This document shows, piece after piece, positions 28,878 through 39,275 of a DNA stretch of 64,000 nt (the first letter of the stretch is position 1; each line of letters opens with the position of its first letter). A model generated the notes under the pieces. The model saw only the letters and a list, made by a program, of their open reading frames with translations. It ran no database searches and had not been told where the DNA came from. A program made the position numbers and the translations under genes. Source of the DNA: Verrucomicrobia bacterium Tous-C9LFEB (GTDB lineage Bacteria; Acidobacteriota; Terriglobia; Terriglobales; Acidobacteriaceae); contig CAZZXY010000005.1 in NCBI GenBank assembly GCA_964658105.1, positions 366-64,365 on the forward strand. The letters run 5' to 3'.

Positions 28878-30299
28878 TTAAGAGTTAGGTGGGATCCGGT
28901 AGCCGAAGGCGCGATCGAGCACGTTCGCAATGGTGAGCACGAGTTCATCTTCATAGGGTCGTCCAACAATCTGCACGCCGATCGGGAGTCCTTCAGGCGA
29001 CTGGCCGACAGGCACCACCGCGGCCGGCAACGCGAGCAGGTTGAACCATTGGGTATAGCGCATGGCGTCCCAATAGCCTACTTGCTGACCCTCGATCGTC
29101 CAGAAGCGTTCGCCGTGCCGAAACGCCGGCACTGAACAGACGGGCGTCAGCAGGACAGGCGCGTTCTGCATCTCGTCCACAAATTTTGCTCGTAACTGGT
29201 CAGTGTCGGCCCACGCCTGCAGCAGAGAATTGGCTGTGAGTGAGGACTGAGTTGCAGCCTCACACAGGAACTCGTTGAACACAGGACTGAGTTCGTTACG
29301 CCTGCCTTCTATGGTGCTTTCATAGAACATCGCACCACATTCGAGGAAGAAGACGCGCCACAACTCTCGCGCTGCCTCCAGTCCCCTGGGACGGTGTGGC
29401 TTGAGACGAAAACCCTGCCGCTCAAGCTCCAGTGCTGCCTCCTGCACAGCAGCGCGGGTTTCCGGAGTGACGGGCATGAGGCCATCATCTTCGAACCAGC
29501 CGATGTCCACGCTCTTCGCTTCATCCAGCGACACAGCCCGGTACGGCACCGGCGCGCTGCCGGCCTGGTGCCGGGGTGCGTCGCACAGCAGCCGAAAGAA
29601 CAAGTCGACATCGGCTATGGTGCGTGCCATGGGCCCTACTGCACCCAGGCTGCTGAAGGGCCCGACACACGGAGGCATATGACCCCTTGCCGACACGCGC
29701 CCGGGCGTCGGTTTGAGCGCGCAGATGCCTGTGAAATGCGCAGGCTCACGCACCGAGCCACCGCTGTCACTGCCAAGGCCGCCGGCGGAAAGACCTGCCG
29801 CGATGGCCGCCGACTCACCACCGCTGGATCCCCCCGGGCTCCGGCTCAGATCCCACGGGTTACAAGTCCGGCCATGGAGGAGGTTGTCCGTCTCGTACGC
29901 CATCAGAAACTCCGGGCAGTTTGTGGTTCCAAGGATGACAGCACCTGCCCCACGGAGAGCCGCAACGGCGTCCGCGTCTTCTGTTGCTACCAAGCCTCGA
30001 CGAAGGGTGCTGCCGATCTCGCATCGGTGACCCTCGACTTCGATCGACGACTTGATTGAGATCGGCAATCCACCCAGGGGCCCCGCTGCCCCGCTGTGCA
30101 CCTGCGCCCGTACGCGCTCAGGGTCGAAGTCGACGAACGCATTCAGCACGGGGTTCAGCTGCTCGATTCGACGAATGTGCTCCTCTGCCAGTTCGTGAGC
30201 GGAAAGCGTGCCCTCGCGCAGCATGGCCAGCTGATCCACCGCAGGTAGAAGTGTGACGTTCATCAGTTCATCGTAGGGGATCAACTCGCCGTCACGCAT
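28878..30299 (-). CDS. amidase (amidase-signature family)
   Basis: GGSSGGESAAIAAGLSAGGLGSDSGGSVREPA signature. The start is ATG 30299 or ATG 30263; the longer listed ORF would run into the divergent gene. Confidence 0.9.
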   Translation of the reverse strand: MRDGELIPYDELMNVTLLPAVDQLAMLREGTLSAHELAEEHIRRIEQLNPVLNAFVDFDPERVRAQVHSGAAGPLGGLPISIKSSIEVEGHRCEIGSTLRRGLVATEDADAVAALRGAGAVILGTTNCPEFLMAYETDNLLHGRTCNPWDLSRSPGGSSGGESAAIAAGLSAGGLGSDSGGSVREPAHFTGICALKPTPGRVSARGHMPPCVGPFSSLGAVGPMARTIADVDLFFRLLCDAPRHQAGSAPVPYRAVSLDEAKSVDIGWFEDDGLMPVTPETRAAVQEAALELERQGFRLKPHRPRGLEAARELWRVFFLECGAMFYESTIEGRRNELSPVFNEFLCEAATQSSLTANSLLQAWADTDQLRAKFVDEMQNAPVLLTPVCSVPAFRHGERFWTIEGQQVGYWDAMRYTQWFNLLALPAAVVPVGQSPEGLPIGVQIVGRPYEDELVLTIANVLDRAFGYRIPPNS

Positions 30300-30345
30300 T
30301 TGGTGGCATGAAACGCGGTGATGCGGTTCTCCTACAATAGGTCCT

Positions 30346-31470
30346 GTGGAAGAAGCACCTGAAGATAGCGGCAGCGTTGCCCGGATGTGGGACGGCTTTC
30401 TCTCGGACACGGTCCAACCGCTGGCCGACCCGGAGCTTCAACGCTTTGCCAACAAGCGCATCCTCATCACAGGTGCTGGCGGCTTTCTTGGGTCAGCCCT
30501 GGCGCGGCAATTGTGTCGGCTGCCCGTCGGACGCCTGGTACTGCTGGATGTTGCCGAATATGGTTTGTACAGGCTCGAAGAGGATCTTCAGACAAGTCAA
30601 CAGAGGGCGAAGAGCACCCTTGTGGTTGGAAGCGTTCAAGACGAGGCTCTCCTTAGTGAGCTGTTTGCCGAGCATGCTCCAGAGATCATCTTTCATGCCG
30701 CAGCCCTGAAGCATGTGCCGCTGATGGAGAGCAACGCACTCGCCGCAGCGGAGACAAACGTAATCGGGACACAAGTGCTCCTCAAAGAAGCGGCAAAGCG
30801 CCAAGTGGAGAGCCTGGTCTTTCTCTCAACCGATAAAGCCGTGGACCCGATCAGCATCATGGGCGCGACGAAGCGCATTGCGGAACAGATGGCCTTGTCC
30901 ACACGCCGGCAGGGGAGAAATATCAACGTTGTCCGGCTACCCAATGTATTAGGTTCGACCGGAAGCGTGGCCCCACGCTTTGCCCGCCAGATCAGCCGAG
31001 GAGGCCCTGTCACCGTCACGCACCCTGAGGCAACGAGGTACTTCCTGTCGAAGACCAGTGCCGTGCGGCACCTGCTTCGATCTGCAACGAACAGAACGCA
31101 AACAGGTCTTACAGTTCCCGCAGTTGGCGCTCCCTTTCGGGTCGAGGATCTCGCGAGGATCATGATGGATCGGGCGGGTGATGGAAAGCACGATCTCAGG
31201 ATCGTGCACACGGGATTGCGGATCGCGGACAAGCTGCATGAGCAGCTCGTGTCACCCGCTGAATCGGTTGAGGTGGTACCTGGAAATCCTGCCACTCTTG
31301 AAATCTCTAGCCACTTTGATCCACAGAAGCTGGACGAAGCGCTCGCTGAGATCCGATGGGCTGTCGATACGCGCGACCGCTATCGACTGATGCTGGCGAT
31401 ACAGCACGCGGTACCCGAGTACCTCCAGTCGCGAGACAAGCTCAGCCACGCATCCGGGGAAGGCGCATGA
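30346..31470 (+). CDS. CapD/PglF/PseB-type NDP-sugar 4,6-dehydratase (Polysacc_synt_2)
   Basis: ILITGAGGFLGSAL Rossmann motif, FHAAALKHVPLME, STDKAV, and GATKRIAE in place of YxxxK, which is typical of this family. Start is GTG 30346 or ATG 30385. Confidence 0.8.
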   Translation: MEEAPEDSGSVARMWDGFLSDTVQPLADPELQRFANKRILITGAGGFLGSALARQLCRLPVGRLVLLDVAEYGLYRLEEDLQTSQQRAKSTLVVGSVQDEALLSELFAEHAPEIIFHAAALKHVPLMESNALAAAETNVIGTQVLLKEAAKRQVESLVFLSTDKAVDPISIMGATKRIAEQMALSTRRQGRNINVVRLPNVLGSTGSVAPRFARQISRGGPVTVTHPEATRYFLSKTSAVRHLLRSATNRTQTGLTVPAVGAPFRVEDLARIMMDRAGDGKHDLRIVHTGLRIADKLHEQLVSPAESVEVVPGNPATLEISSHFDPQKLDEALAEIRWAVDTRDRYRLMLAIQHAVPEYLQSRDKLSHASGEGA

Positions 31471-32618
31471 AAACGATTGCGGTGGTGACTACATCGCGTG
31501 CGGACTACAGCCACCTCTACTGGCCGTTAAAGGTGCTGAACGCCCATCCCGATGTGGACTTGAAGATCATCGCCATGGCGTCGCATCTGTCGCCGGAGTT
31601 TGGCAATACCGTCCGCGAGATCGAGGCAGATGGCTTGCCGATTGCGGCCAGGTTGGAGTGCCTGCTTAGCTCAGATACCGATGTAGGCATGGCCAAGAGC
31701 ATAGGGATTGGTATGCTTTCCCTCGCCGACACGCTTGCCGTCATGCGGCCGGATCTGCTGCTGCTCATCGCCGATCGGTATGAGATGCTGGCCCCCGCTG
31801 CGGTCGCGCTCGCACTGCGGATTCCCATCGCGCACATTGAGGGCGGCGAACTTAGCGAAGGCGCCATTGACGATGCCGTGCGAAACGCGCTCACGAAGAT
31901 GAGTCATGTGCATTTCACCTCCACGGTGGCTGCTCGTGATCGCGTCATCAGCATGGGTGAGGAGCCTTGGCGGGTGCATCGTGCCGGTGCGCCCTCACTT
32001 GATCATCTACGCAAGAGCGACCTGCCATCGAAGATTTCCCTTGAGGCTGCTCTGGAGCTCGACCTTGGCAAACCGACGATCGTGGTGGCCTACCATCCGG
32101 TCACCCTGCTTTCGGACACAACTTCCGAAGCGGACGCACTGTTTACGGCGTTGGGTCGCCTGCAAGAACAGGTCGTGTTCTGTTATCCGAACGCCGATGC
32201 GGGAAGTCGCGAGCTCGTCCAGCGCACACGACGATTTCTCGCCGAACGCGGAGAGGGGCGGATCTTCATCAATCTGCCCGCGGTGCGGTATTGGGCTCTG
32301 CTACGGGAGGCAAAGGCCTTCGTTGGTAACTCCAGCAGCGGCATCATGGAAACCGCGTCGTTCGCCTTGCCCACCGTCAACATAGGGCTGCGTCAAAAGG
32401 GCCGCGAACGTCCAGGGAACGTCATCGATGCACCAGCAGATGCGGAGGCTATCTACGAAGCGATTCAGCAGGCCGGCAATGCCACGTTTGCGCGCTCTCT
32501 TGACGGCATGGTGAACCCTTATGGCGAGGGAACGGCCTCGGAACGAATTGCGCAGGTCTTGACCAGCCTGCCCGATCGTGAGCGTTTGCTGATGAAGCGA
32601 GCGAACGTTGAGGACTGA
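31467..32618 (+). CDS. UDP-N-acetylglucosamine 2-epimerase (hydrolysing), NeuC/LegG-like
   Basis: MKTIAVVTTSRADYSHLYWPL, IADRYEMLAPAAVALALRIPIAHIEGGE and NALTKMSHVHF. ATGA overlap with the dehydratase stop. Confidence 0.85.
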   Translation: MKTIAVVTTSRADYSHLYWPLKVLNAHPDVDLKIIAMASHLSPEFGNTVREIEADGLPIAARLECLLSSDTDVGMAKSIGIGMLSLADTLAVMRPDLLLLIADRYEMLAPAAVALALRIPIAHIEGGELSEGAIDDAVRNALTKMSHVHFTSTVAARDRVISMGEEPWRVHRAGAPSLDHLRKSDLPSKISLEAALELDLGKPTIVVAYHPVTLLSDTTSEADALFTALGRLQEQVVFCYPNADAGSRELVQRTRRFLAERGEGRIFINLPAVRYWALLREAKAFVGNSSSGIMETASFALPTVNIGLRQKGRERPGNVIDAPADAEAIYEAIQQAGNATFARSLDGMVNPYGEGTASERIAQVLTSLPDRERLLMKRANVED

Positions 32619-32619
32619 C

Positions 32620-33714
32620 ATGTTTGTCTCCCTGTCAGAACCCGACATCACGGAGTTGGAGATCGATGCCGTCGTGTCGGTACTCCGCAGCACACGCCTG
32701 AGCCTCGGTCCGAGGATGGAGGAGTTCGAGCAGCGCGTCGCTGCTGCTGTTGCCGTCCCGCATGCGATCGCAGTGAGCTCCGGCACAGCTGGGCTGCACC
32801 TTTGCGTGCGCGCTTTGGGCATCGTTGCCGGCGATGAGGTCATCGTTCCCTCCTTCACCTTTATCGCGGCCGCAAACGTACTTCGCTACCAAGGGGCCCT
32901 GCCGGTCTTTGTCGACATCGAGGCAAACACACTGAATGTGGATCCGGCTCGCATCGAGGCGGCAATTACCCCACGCACTCGGGCCATCATGGCGGTGCAC
33001 ACCTTCGGTCTGGCCGCGAATATGGAGGCAATTATGGACATAGCCAGGCGGCGTGGCTTGTATGTGATCGAAGACGCGTGCGAGGCGCTTGGTGCCACGT
33101 ACGCGGGACGGCCGGTTGGCAGCCTTGGCCACGTCGCGGTCTTCGCGTTCTATCCCAATAAGCAAATCACGACGGGCGAGGGCGGCATGGTGGTCACACG
33201 GGACCCGGTCCTTGCAGACGCAATCCGCGCGATGCGTAATCAGGGCCGTTGTCCATCGGATGCATGGCACCAGCACAGTGTGCTTGGCTTTAACTATCGA
33301 CTCTCCGAGATCAACTGTGCGCTGGGCTGCGCGCAGATGCAGCGGCTTGACGAGATCCTGTTGAAGCGAGCCGCGGTGGCTCAGACCTACGATCGTCTTC
33401 TGGGCGTGGTGGAAGGCGTAACACTGCCTCCACGGCCCCTGTTGGTGCAGGACATGAGTTGGTTCGTCTACGTCATCCGATTAGCGACCGAACGTGATCG
33501 TGTAGCAGAAGTGCTGCAGGCTCAGGGTATCCAGTGCGGGCGTTATTTTGCTCCAATCCATCAACAAGGCGCCTATGCGGACTGGTGCCTGCTGCATCCC
33601 TTGCCCGTGACGGAGGCCGAAAGCCGTCGAACACTGGCACTTCCTTTCTTCAGCAATCTCTCCGAAGGACAAGTTGCCTATGTGGTTGCGCGTCTGCGTG
33701 ACAGCCTGGCGTAG
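32620..33714 (+). CDS. DegT/DnrJ/EryC1/StrS-family PLP-dependent sugar aminotransferase
   Basis: SGTAGLHL, FAFYPNKQITTGEGGMV (PLP lysine region) and FNYRLSEINCALG. Confidence 0.85.
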   Translation: MFVSLSEPDITELEIDAVVSVLRSTRLSLGPRMEEFEQRVAAAVAVPHAIAVSSGTAGLHLCVRALGIVAGDEVIVPSFTFIAAANVLRYQGALPVFVDIEANTLNVDPARIEAAITPRTRAIMAVHTFGLAANMEAIMDIARRRGLYVIEDACEALGATYAGRPVGSLGHVAVFAFYPNKQITTGEGGMVVTRDPVLADAIRAMRNQGRCPSDAWHQHSVLGFNYRLSEINCALGCAQMQRLDEILLKRAAVAQTYDRLLGVVEGVTLPPRPLLVQDMSWFVYVIRLATERDRVAEVLQAQGIQCGRYFAPIHQQGAYADWCLLHPLPVTEAESRRTLALPFFSNLSEGQVAYVVARLRDSLA

Positions 33715-33915
33715 CCGAGGTGATCTCCTCCATTCGCTTTCAGTCACTCAACCGCAGAACAGCCCCTTTTCTCCGTGGTCCCTTTCCGTCGTTGCCACGC
33801 ACAGGACTAGGCAGCCCTGGGCGTGGCTTGCTAAGCTCACCAAAGCCCATCTCTGCAAACGGAAACGGGCAGAATCTCGCCGTCGCTTTTCGTGGTTCGC
33901 GAGTTGAAGGTTCCC

Positions 33916-36900
33916 ATGTTTTGGCGTAACCGCAGCATGACAGGTATGGGGGCGAACCCAGGTGCACTTTGCATTGCGGACCCGCCCGCCACGGGGAAGG
34001 TCAGCCGTAAGCTGACGCAGGTAGCAGGATTCGGTATCGGGCTCCTGCTGGTGATCTCACTTGCTGGGTGCCGTGCGAAAACCGCCTTGCCCGAACCCGG
34101 ATCTCACGGGTATGAGAAGTTCGTCTCCTCCTTCTATGTCGGACTGGCTGGCCTCCAGGTAGGGGATGATGCTCGCGCGGAGACCAGCCTTGCGGAAAGC
34201 ACGCGGCTGGCCTCGGATGAGCCTGCAGCCTGGGTGAACTGGGGCATCCTGGCATTGCGACAACGGAACTACAGCGCCGCGGCAGAGCGGCTGGGGCACG
34301 CGCACACACTTGCGCCGAACAACGGCCAGATTGCCTATCTTCTCGGGCTGCTGGAGAGCGAACGCGGGAACTCTGCGGCTGCCATCACCCACTGGCAGCA
34401 GGCTGTTGCCCTGGACAGCCGGAATTTGCGTGCGCTTTATCAGCTTGCGTCCGAAATCGAGCGTCAGGGCGATGCGGACAGCGACGCGCGCTTTGAAAAG
34501 CTGATGCAGCAAATCCTTGCGGTTGATCCGAAAAACCTTGCCGCGGAACTTGAACTGAGCCGGGTTGCTGCTAAACGAGGCGACATCCCAACACTTCAGG
34601 CTGCGGTAATGGCCATTGCCAGTCAAAGCAAACCCTGGCCGCCCGAAGTAGCCGAGCAGCTTGCGCAACTACAAAGTGCAGCGAACGGCCAGCAGCCAAG
34701 GTCCGCCGCAACGCGATCCATCTTTCTACGCAATGTCCTGATGCGGGTGCCAACCTTTCGTGATGATCTCGCCGACCTGAAGCCTGCACCCGGTGAAGGC
34801 GCTCAGCCGATGTCGCACTTTCTTCGTGTCACCAATCCGTCGTCACGGCCTGCCCCTGCGGACGCTGCCATGAGTTTCGACGTGCAGCCCAGTGGTACCT
34901 CTGAGTCCTGGAGCTGGGCCGGTGCCTTGCTGCTTAACGGGGACGATGCTCCGGTGCTGGCCCAGGCTGACACGGGTCATTTGCACCTGGCCAACGGCGC
35001 TACTCTTCCCTTCCCCGGGGGCAAGAGCTCACAGCCCCTGCAACCAGAGAGCGTCCTGTCCATCGACGTCAACTATGACTTCAAGACGGACCTGGTGTTG
35101 GCCGGTGCCGGGGGCTTCCGCCTGTATCGCCAGGACGATCCCACCCACTTTACTGACGCTTCCGCGACGACGAAGCTGCCCCTCGCAGTACTGGACGGCT
35201 CCTACACGGGTGCGTGGGCACTGGATGTTGAAGCCGATGGCGACCTGGACATTCTGCTCGGGACGGTCGCAGGCGCACCCACACTCCTTCGGAATAACGG
35301 CGATGGCACGTTCGATGTCGAACATCCGTTCGGTACGGTCTCAGGTGTGCAACAACTCACCTGGGTGGACCTTAATGGGGACGGCAATCCAGATGCAGCC
35401 ATCCTTGATGGCGGGGGCCACCTGCACATCTTCCTGAACCGCCGGTCCGGCAACTTCGAGCAAGCAGACATTTCCCCCAGCCTGGGCCAGGTGAAGGCGA
35501 TTGCTGCTGCCGATGTCAGTGACAGTGACACGCTCGCCCTGCTGGTGGTGAAGAGTGATGGGAGCATTGTTCGACTGCTTACGCCCGACGAAGGCCGGCA
35601 CTGGACGTCCATTGACGTTGCAAAGGTTCCGGAGGCTGCCCACGCACTCGCTGGCGCTGTGCGCCTGTATGCAGCGGACCTGGATAACAACGGTGCCGTG
35701 GACCTGATCCTTTCACCAGTCAGCGGCAATGCCTTTAAACCCGTCATCTGGTTACAGAGCGTTTCCAACAACTTCAGCCTCTTCTCGGGTGGACCCACCT
35801 CGCTGCGGGTCTTTGCGCTTTCTGATCTAAAGCAGGATGGCCATCTCGCACTGGTGGGGCTTACGAACGAGGGTAGGGCGACGGTCGCGTCGAGTCGTGG
35901 CACCAGGGACTATCATTGGCAGACAATTCGGCCTCGGGCCAAACTGGCAACAGGCGACCAGCGTGTCAACTCCTTTGGCGTCGGTGGCGAGATCGAGATT
36001 CGCTCGAGCTTGCTGGTCCAGAAGCAACCCATCACCGGGCCCGCGCTGCATTTTGGCCTGGGCGACGGAAAACAGACCGATGTTGCGCGCATTCTTTGGC
36101 CAAACGGTTCCGTACGTGCCGAGTTCAACCTGAAGAGCGATAAGCAGATTGTGACAGAGCAGCGCTTGAAAGGCTCCTGCCCTTTTCTGTTTGCCTGGAA
36201 CGGCCATCGGATGCAGTTCGTGAAGGATTCTGTGCCGTGGGGATCGGCGATCGGCCTGCGTATCAACGCGCTCGGCACGGCGAAGATCGCGGCCACCGAG
36301 GAGTGGTACAAAATCGGTGGCGATCAACTGCAGCCGAAAGACGGCTTCTATGACCTGCGCATCACTGGTGAGCTCTGGGAGAGCTATTACTACGATTCAA
36401 TGGCGCTGATGACGGTTGACCACCCCCGGGGCACGGAGGTCTTCGCGGACGAACGCTACGATGTACCCGCGGTCAAACTGGCAGTGACGTCCGTGGCCGA
36501 ACCACAGCCGGTGGTGCGCGCCGTGGATGACGATGGACATGACGTGACGCGTATCGTCCGTGCGCTGGACGGAACGTATCTCGACAACTTCGGCCGTGGT
36601 CAGTACCAGGGAGTCACGCGCGATCACTTCGTCGAGGTCACGCTACCGGAGAACGCCCCGACGCAAGGGCCGCTGTGGCTGATTGCAAAGGGCTGGCTGC
36701 ACCCTTCCGATTCGTCCATCAACGTCGCCCTCGGCCAGGGCTCGGCGGAAAAACCGCAATGGCTAAGTCTCGAGATCCTCGGTAAGACCGGCAAATGGCG
36801 TGTGGCCAAGTCGAATCTAGGCTTTCCTGCTGGGCGCAACAAGATCTGCCTTATCGACCTAGCAGGTGTCTTTCAGCCAGGCGACGCTCATCGTCTTCGT

Positions 36901-37479
36901 CTACGTACCAATCTGGAGGTTTTTTGGGACCAGATCCAGTGGGCGCAAGGGCTTCCTGCTGCGCCGATGCATGTGCAGCGTGTGGAGCCTGCCGTTGCCG
37001 ACCTTCATTACCGTGGATTCTCTGTGATCAAACAGGCAAACGCCTCCTCACCGGAGATTCCCCAGTACGACCAGGTTGAAGGAACCTCGCAACGTTGGCG
37101 GGATCTGGAAGGGTTCTACACACGCTTTGGCGACGTGCGTGAGTTACTCGCAGGCATCGACGATCGTTACGTCATCATGAATGCCGGCGACGAAATGACA
37201 CTACGCTTCACCGCTCCTGCTCCACCTCCGCCGGGCTGGGTGCGTGACTTCATCATCGCCGGCGATGGCTGGATCAAGGACGGCGATTACAACTCCACCT
37301 ATTCGCAAACGGTACTGCCCTACCCGTACCATGCTCGTCGCGAGTACAACACAGCGCCGGGGGCGCTCGAAGATGACTTGGCCTATCGCCATCACGCGGG
37401 GGATTGGCAGACCTACCACACGCGTTACGTGACGGCGAAGGGCTTCGTCGACGCACTCAGGAGCGGTGCAGGACAATGA
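33916..37479 (+). CDS. giant TPR + FG-GAP/VCBS + ASPIC/UnbV lipoprotein with unassigned ~430-aa C-terminal module (paralog A1)
   Basis: Lipobox LLLVISLAGC, N-terminal TPR-like repeats, FG-GAP/VCBS repeats (DVNYDFKTDLVL, DVEADGDLDIL, DLNGDGNPD, DLDNNGAVD), an ASPIC/UnbV segment (NSFGVGGEIEIRS...HFGLGD...ARILWPNGS), then CPFLFAWNG... to the C-terminus. The start is uncertain (33892-33946). Confidence 0.8.
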   Translation: MFWRNRSMTGMGANPGALCIADPPATGKVSRKLTQVAGFGIGLLLVISLAGCRAKTALPEPGSHGYEKFVSSFYVGLAGLQVGDDARAETSLAESTRLASDEPAAWVNWGILALRQRNYSAAAERLGHAHTLAPNNGQIAYLLGLLESERGNSAAAITHWQQAVALDSRNLRALYQLASEIERQGDADSDARFEKLMQQILAVDPKNLAAELELSRVAAKRGDIPTLQAAVMAIASQSKPWPPEVAEQLAQLQSAANGQQPRSAATRSIFLRNVLMRVPTFRDDLADLKPAPGEGAQPMSHFLRVTNPSSRPAPADAAMSFDVQPSGTSESWSWAGALLLNGDDAPVLAQADTGHLHLANGATLPFPGGKSSQPLQPESVLSIDVNYDFKTDLVLAGAGGFRLYRQDDPTHFTDASATTKLPLAVLDGSYTGAWALDVEADGDLDILLGTVAGAPTLLRNNGDGTFDVEHPFGTVSGVQQLTWVDLNGDGNPDAAILDGGGHLHIFLNRRSGNFEQADISPSLGQVKAIAAADVSDSDTLALLVVKSDGSIVRLLTPDEGRHWTSIDVAKVPEAAHALAGAVRLYAADLDNNGAVDLILSPVSGNAFKPVIWLQSVSNNFSLFSGGPTSLRVFALSDLKQDGHLALVGLTNEGRATVASSRGTRDYHWQTIRPRAKLATGDQRVNSFGVGGEIEIRSSLLVQKQPITGPALHFGLGDGKQTDVARILWPNGSVRAEFNLKSDKQIVTEQRLKGSCPFLFAWNGHRMQFVKDSVPWGSAIGLRINALGTAKIAATEEWYKIGGDQLQPKDGFYDLRITGELWESYYYDSMALMTVDHPRGTEVFADERYDVPAVKLAVTSVAEPQPVVRAVDDDGHDVTRIVRALDGTYLDNFGRGQYQGVTRDHFVEVTLPENAPTQGPLWLIAKGWLHPSDSSINVALGQGSAEKPQWLSLEILGKTGKWRVAKSNLGFPAGRNKICLIDLAGVFQPGDAHRLRLRTNLEVFWDQIQWAQGLPAAPMHVQRVEPAVADLHYRGFSVIKQANASSPEIPQYDQVEGTSQRWRDLEGFYTRFGDVRELLAGIDDRYVIMNAGDEMTLRFTAPAPPPPGWVRDFIIAGDGWIKDGDYNSTYSQTVLPYPYHARREYNTAPGALEDDLAYRHHAGDWQTYHTRYVTAKGFVDALRSGAGQ

Positions 37480-39275
37480 ACCGGGCCACAATCGTTCGAT
37501 CGGTCGTAAGCACTTTGTTCTTAGGATTGCTCGCCACACCCCTCCTTGTGCGGCGAGCCTCGATGAAGAAGCAGCGGGCCGCTTCAGCGACGCTGGACGA
37601 GAAAACAGCGATCGCGAGACACGGGTTCTACCTGCAGGAGAGCTCCCGCGCTGCAGGTATCGACTTCGTTCATCAGGCACCCACGCTCGATCCGAAGTTG
37701 AACCACATCATGCCAGAGGTGGCCTCCATGGGCGCGTCGGTTTCCATTGTTGACTTCGATCGCGATGGCTGGCCTGACATTTATGCGACGAACAGCGCGT
37801 ATGGTGCGCAGAACCACCTGTACCGCAACATGCACGACGGCACCTTTCGCGATGTAGCGGGCCGGATGGGACTCGGCGACGTAAATCGGCCTGGCACCGG
37901 CGTCTCCATGGGCGCAGTCTGGGGAGATTATGACAATGACGGCTACGAGGATCTGTTCTTAGTGAAGTGGGGCAAGCCCGAGCTCTACCACAATGACGGC
38001 GGGAAAGGCTTTACCAGGGTGACCGACGCAGCGACCCTGCCGCCCTGGATCAACGCCAATACCGCACTCTGGTTCGATTACGACGGCGATGGTCTTCTGG
38101 ACCTGTTTGTCGGCGGCTATTACGCCGAAGACGTCGACCTCTGGCACTTGAAGACGACCAAGATGATGCCGGAGAGCTTTGAATATGCCAAGAATGGCGG
38201 GCGCAAATACCTATTCCACAATCTCGGCAACGGGCACTTTGAAGAAGTGAGCGCCAAACTGGGCATCGACAGCCGGCGCTGGGCGCTCGCCTCGGCTGCC
38301 GCCGATCTTCGCGGGACAGGGCACCCTGATCTTTTCATCGCGAACGACTACGGCGTCTCAGAACTGTTCGTAAATGACGGCAAGCGCTTCCAGGAGGAAG
38401 GCCAAAAGAGCGGCGTGGGGTTCGCCCCCAAGAGCGGCATGAACGTTGCCGTGGGCGACATCTTCAATCAAGGCAAATACTCGGTGTACGTCTCCAACAT
38501 CTCCGAAGAAGGTGTCCTGATCCAGGGAAACAATCTTTGGGTGCCAAAGGAGAACACAGGCACTGGCACTGTCGTCTATGAAAACATGGCCCGCGACCTG
38601 GGGGTTGAGCTGGGCGGCTGGAGCTTCGGCGCGCAATTCGGTGATCTGAACAACGACGGCAATCTGGATCTCTATTTGACCAACGGCTATGTGTCACTCG
38701 ACCGCAATAGGAGTTACTGGTACGACTTCGCCAAGGTCGCCGGGGGCAACGCCGCCATCATTTCCGACGCCGATCACTGGCCCGCTGTGGATGGCCGCAG
38801 CCACTCCGGGTACCAGCAAAAGCGCGTGTGGCTGAACGATGGCGCTGGCAAATTCGTAGATGTGGCTGCGGCGGTAGGCGTGAGCGACACGTACGACGGA
38901 CGTTCCGTCGTCATGGCAAACCTCTTCAACGATGGAGCCCTGGACGTCGTCGTAGCGAACCAGCGGGGGCCGCTGCTGCTGTACCGCAATAGGGTCGACC
39001 CAAGGAATCAGTGGATTGAGTTCGCGCTGGAAGGCACGAAGAGCAACCGCAGTGCCATTGGTGCGCAGATCACGGTCCGCTGGAACGGCCAGCAACAGAT
39101 CCAACAGGTCTCCGGCGGAAACGGATTCGCCGCACAGAACGACCGGCGTCCTCATTTCGGTTTAGGTCCGTCTCCACATTTGGATGGAGTTCAAATCCGG
39201 TGGCCGTCTGGTAGGATTCAGACGCTGTCGGACCCGAAGATCGGGCAGTTGAACAGCATCAAGGAGCCGGAGTGA
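37476..39275 (+). CDS. CRTAC1-family protein (FG-GAP/VCBS repeats + ASPIC/UnbV), N-terminal membrane anchor
   Basis: ATGA overlap with the upstream stop. IVDFDRDGWPDIY, WGDYDNDGYEDLF, WFDYDGDGLLDLF, FGDLNNDGNLDLY, then NRSAIGAQITVRWNG...FGLGPSPHLDGVQIRWPSG. Confidence 0.85.
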   Translation: MNRATIVRSVVSTLFLGLLATPLLVRRASMKKQRAASATLDEKTAIARHGFYLQESSRAAGIDFVHQAPTLDPKLNHIMPEVASMGASVSIVDFDRDGWPDIYATNSAYGAQNHLYRNMHDGTFRDVAGRMGLGDVNRPGTGVSMGAVWGDYDNDGYEDLFLVKWGKPELYHNDGGKGFTRVTDAATLPPWINANTALWFDYDGDGLLDLFVGGYYAEDVDLWHLKTTKMMPESFEYAKNGGRKYLFHNLGNGHFEEVSAKLGIDSRRWALASAAADLRGTGHPDLFIANDYGVSELFVNDGKRFQEEGQKSGVGFAPKSGMNVAVGDIFNQGKYSVYVSNISEEGVLIQGNNLWVPKENTGTGTVVYENMARDLGVELGGWSFGAQFGDLNNDGNLDLYLTNGYVSLDRNRSYWYDFAKVAGGNAAIISDADHWPAVDGRSHSGYQQKRVWLNDGAGKFVDVAAAVGVSDTYDGRSVVMANLFNDGALDVVVANQRGPLLLYRNRVDPRNQWIEFALEGTKSNRSAIGAQITVRWNGQQQIQQVSGGNGFAAQNDRRPHFGLGPSPHLDGVQIRWPSGRIQTLSDPKIGQLNSIKEPE

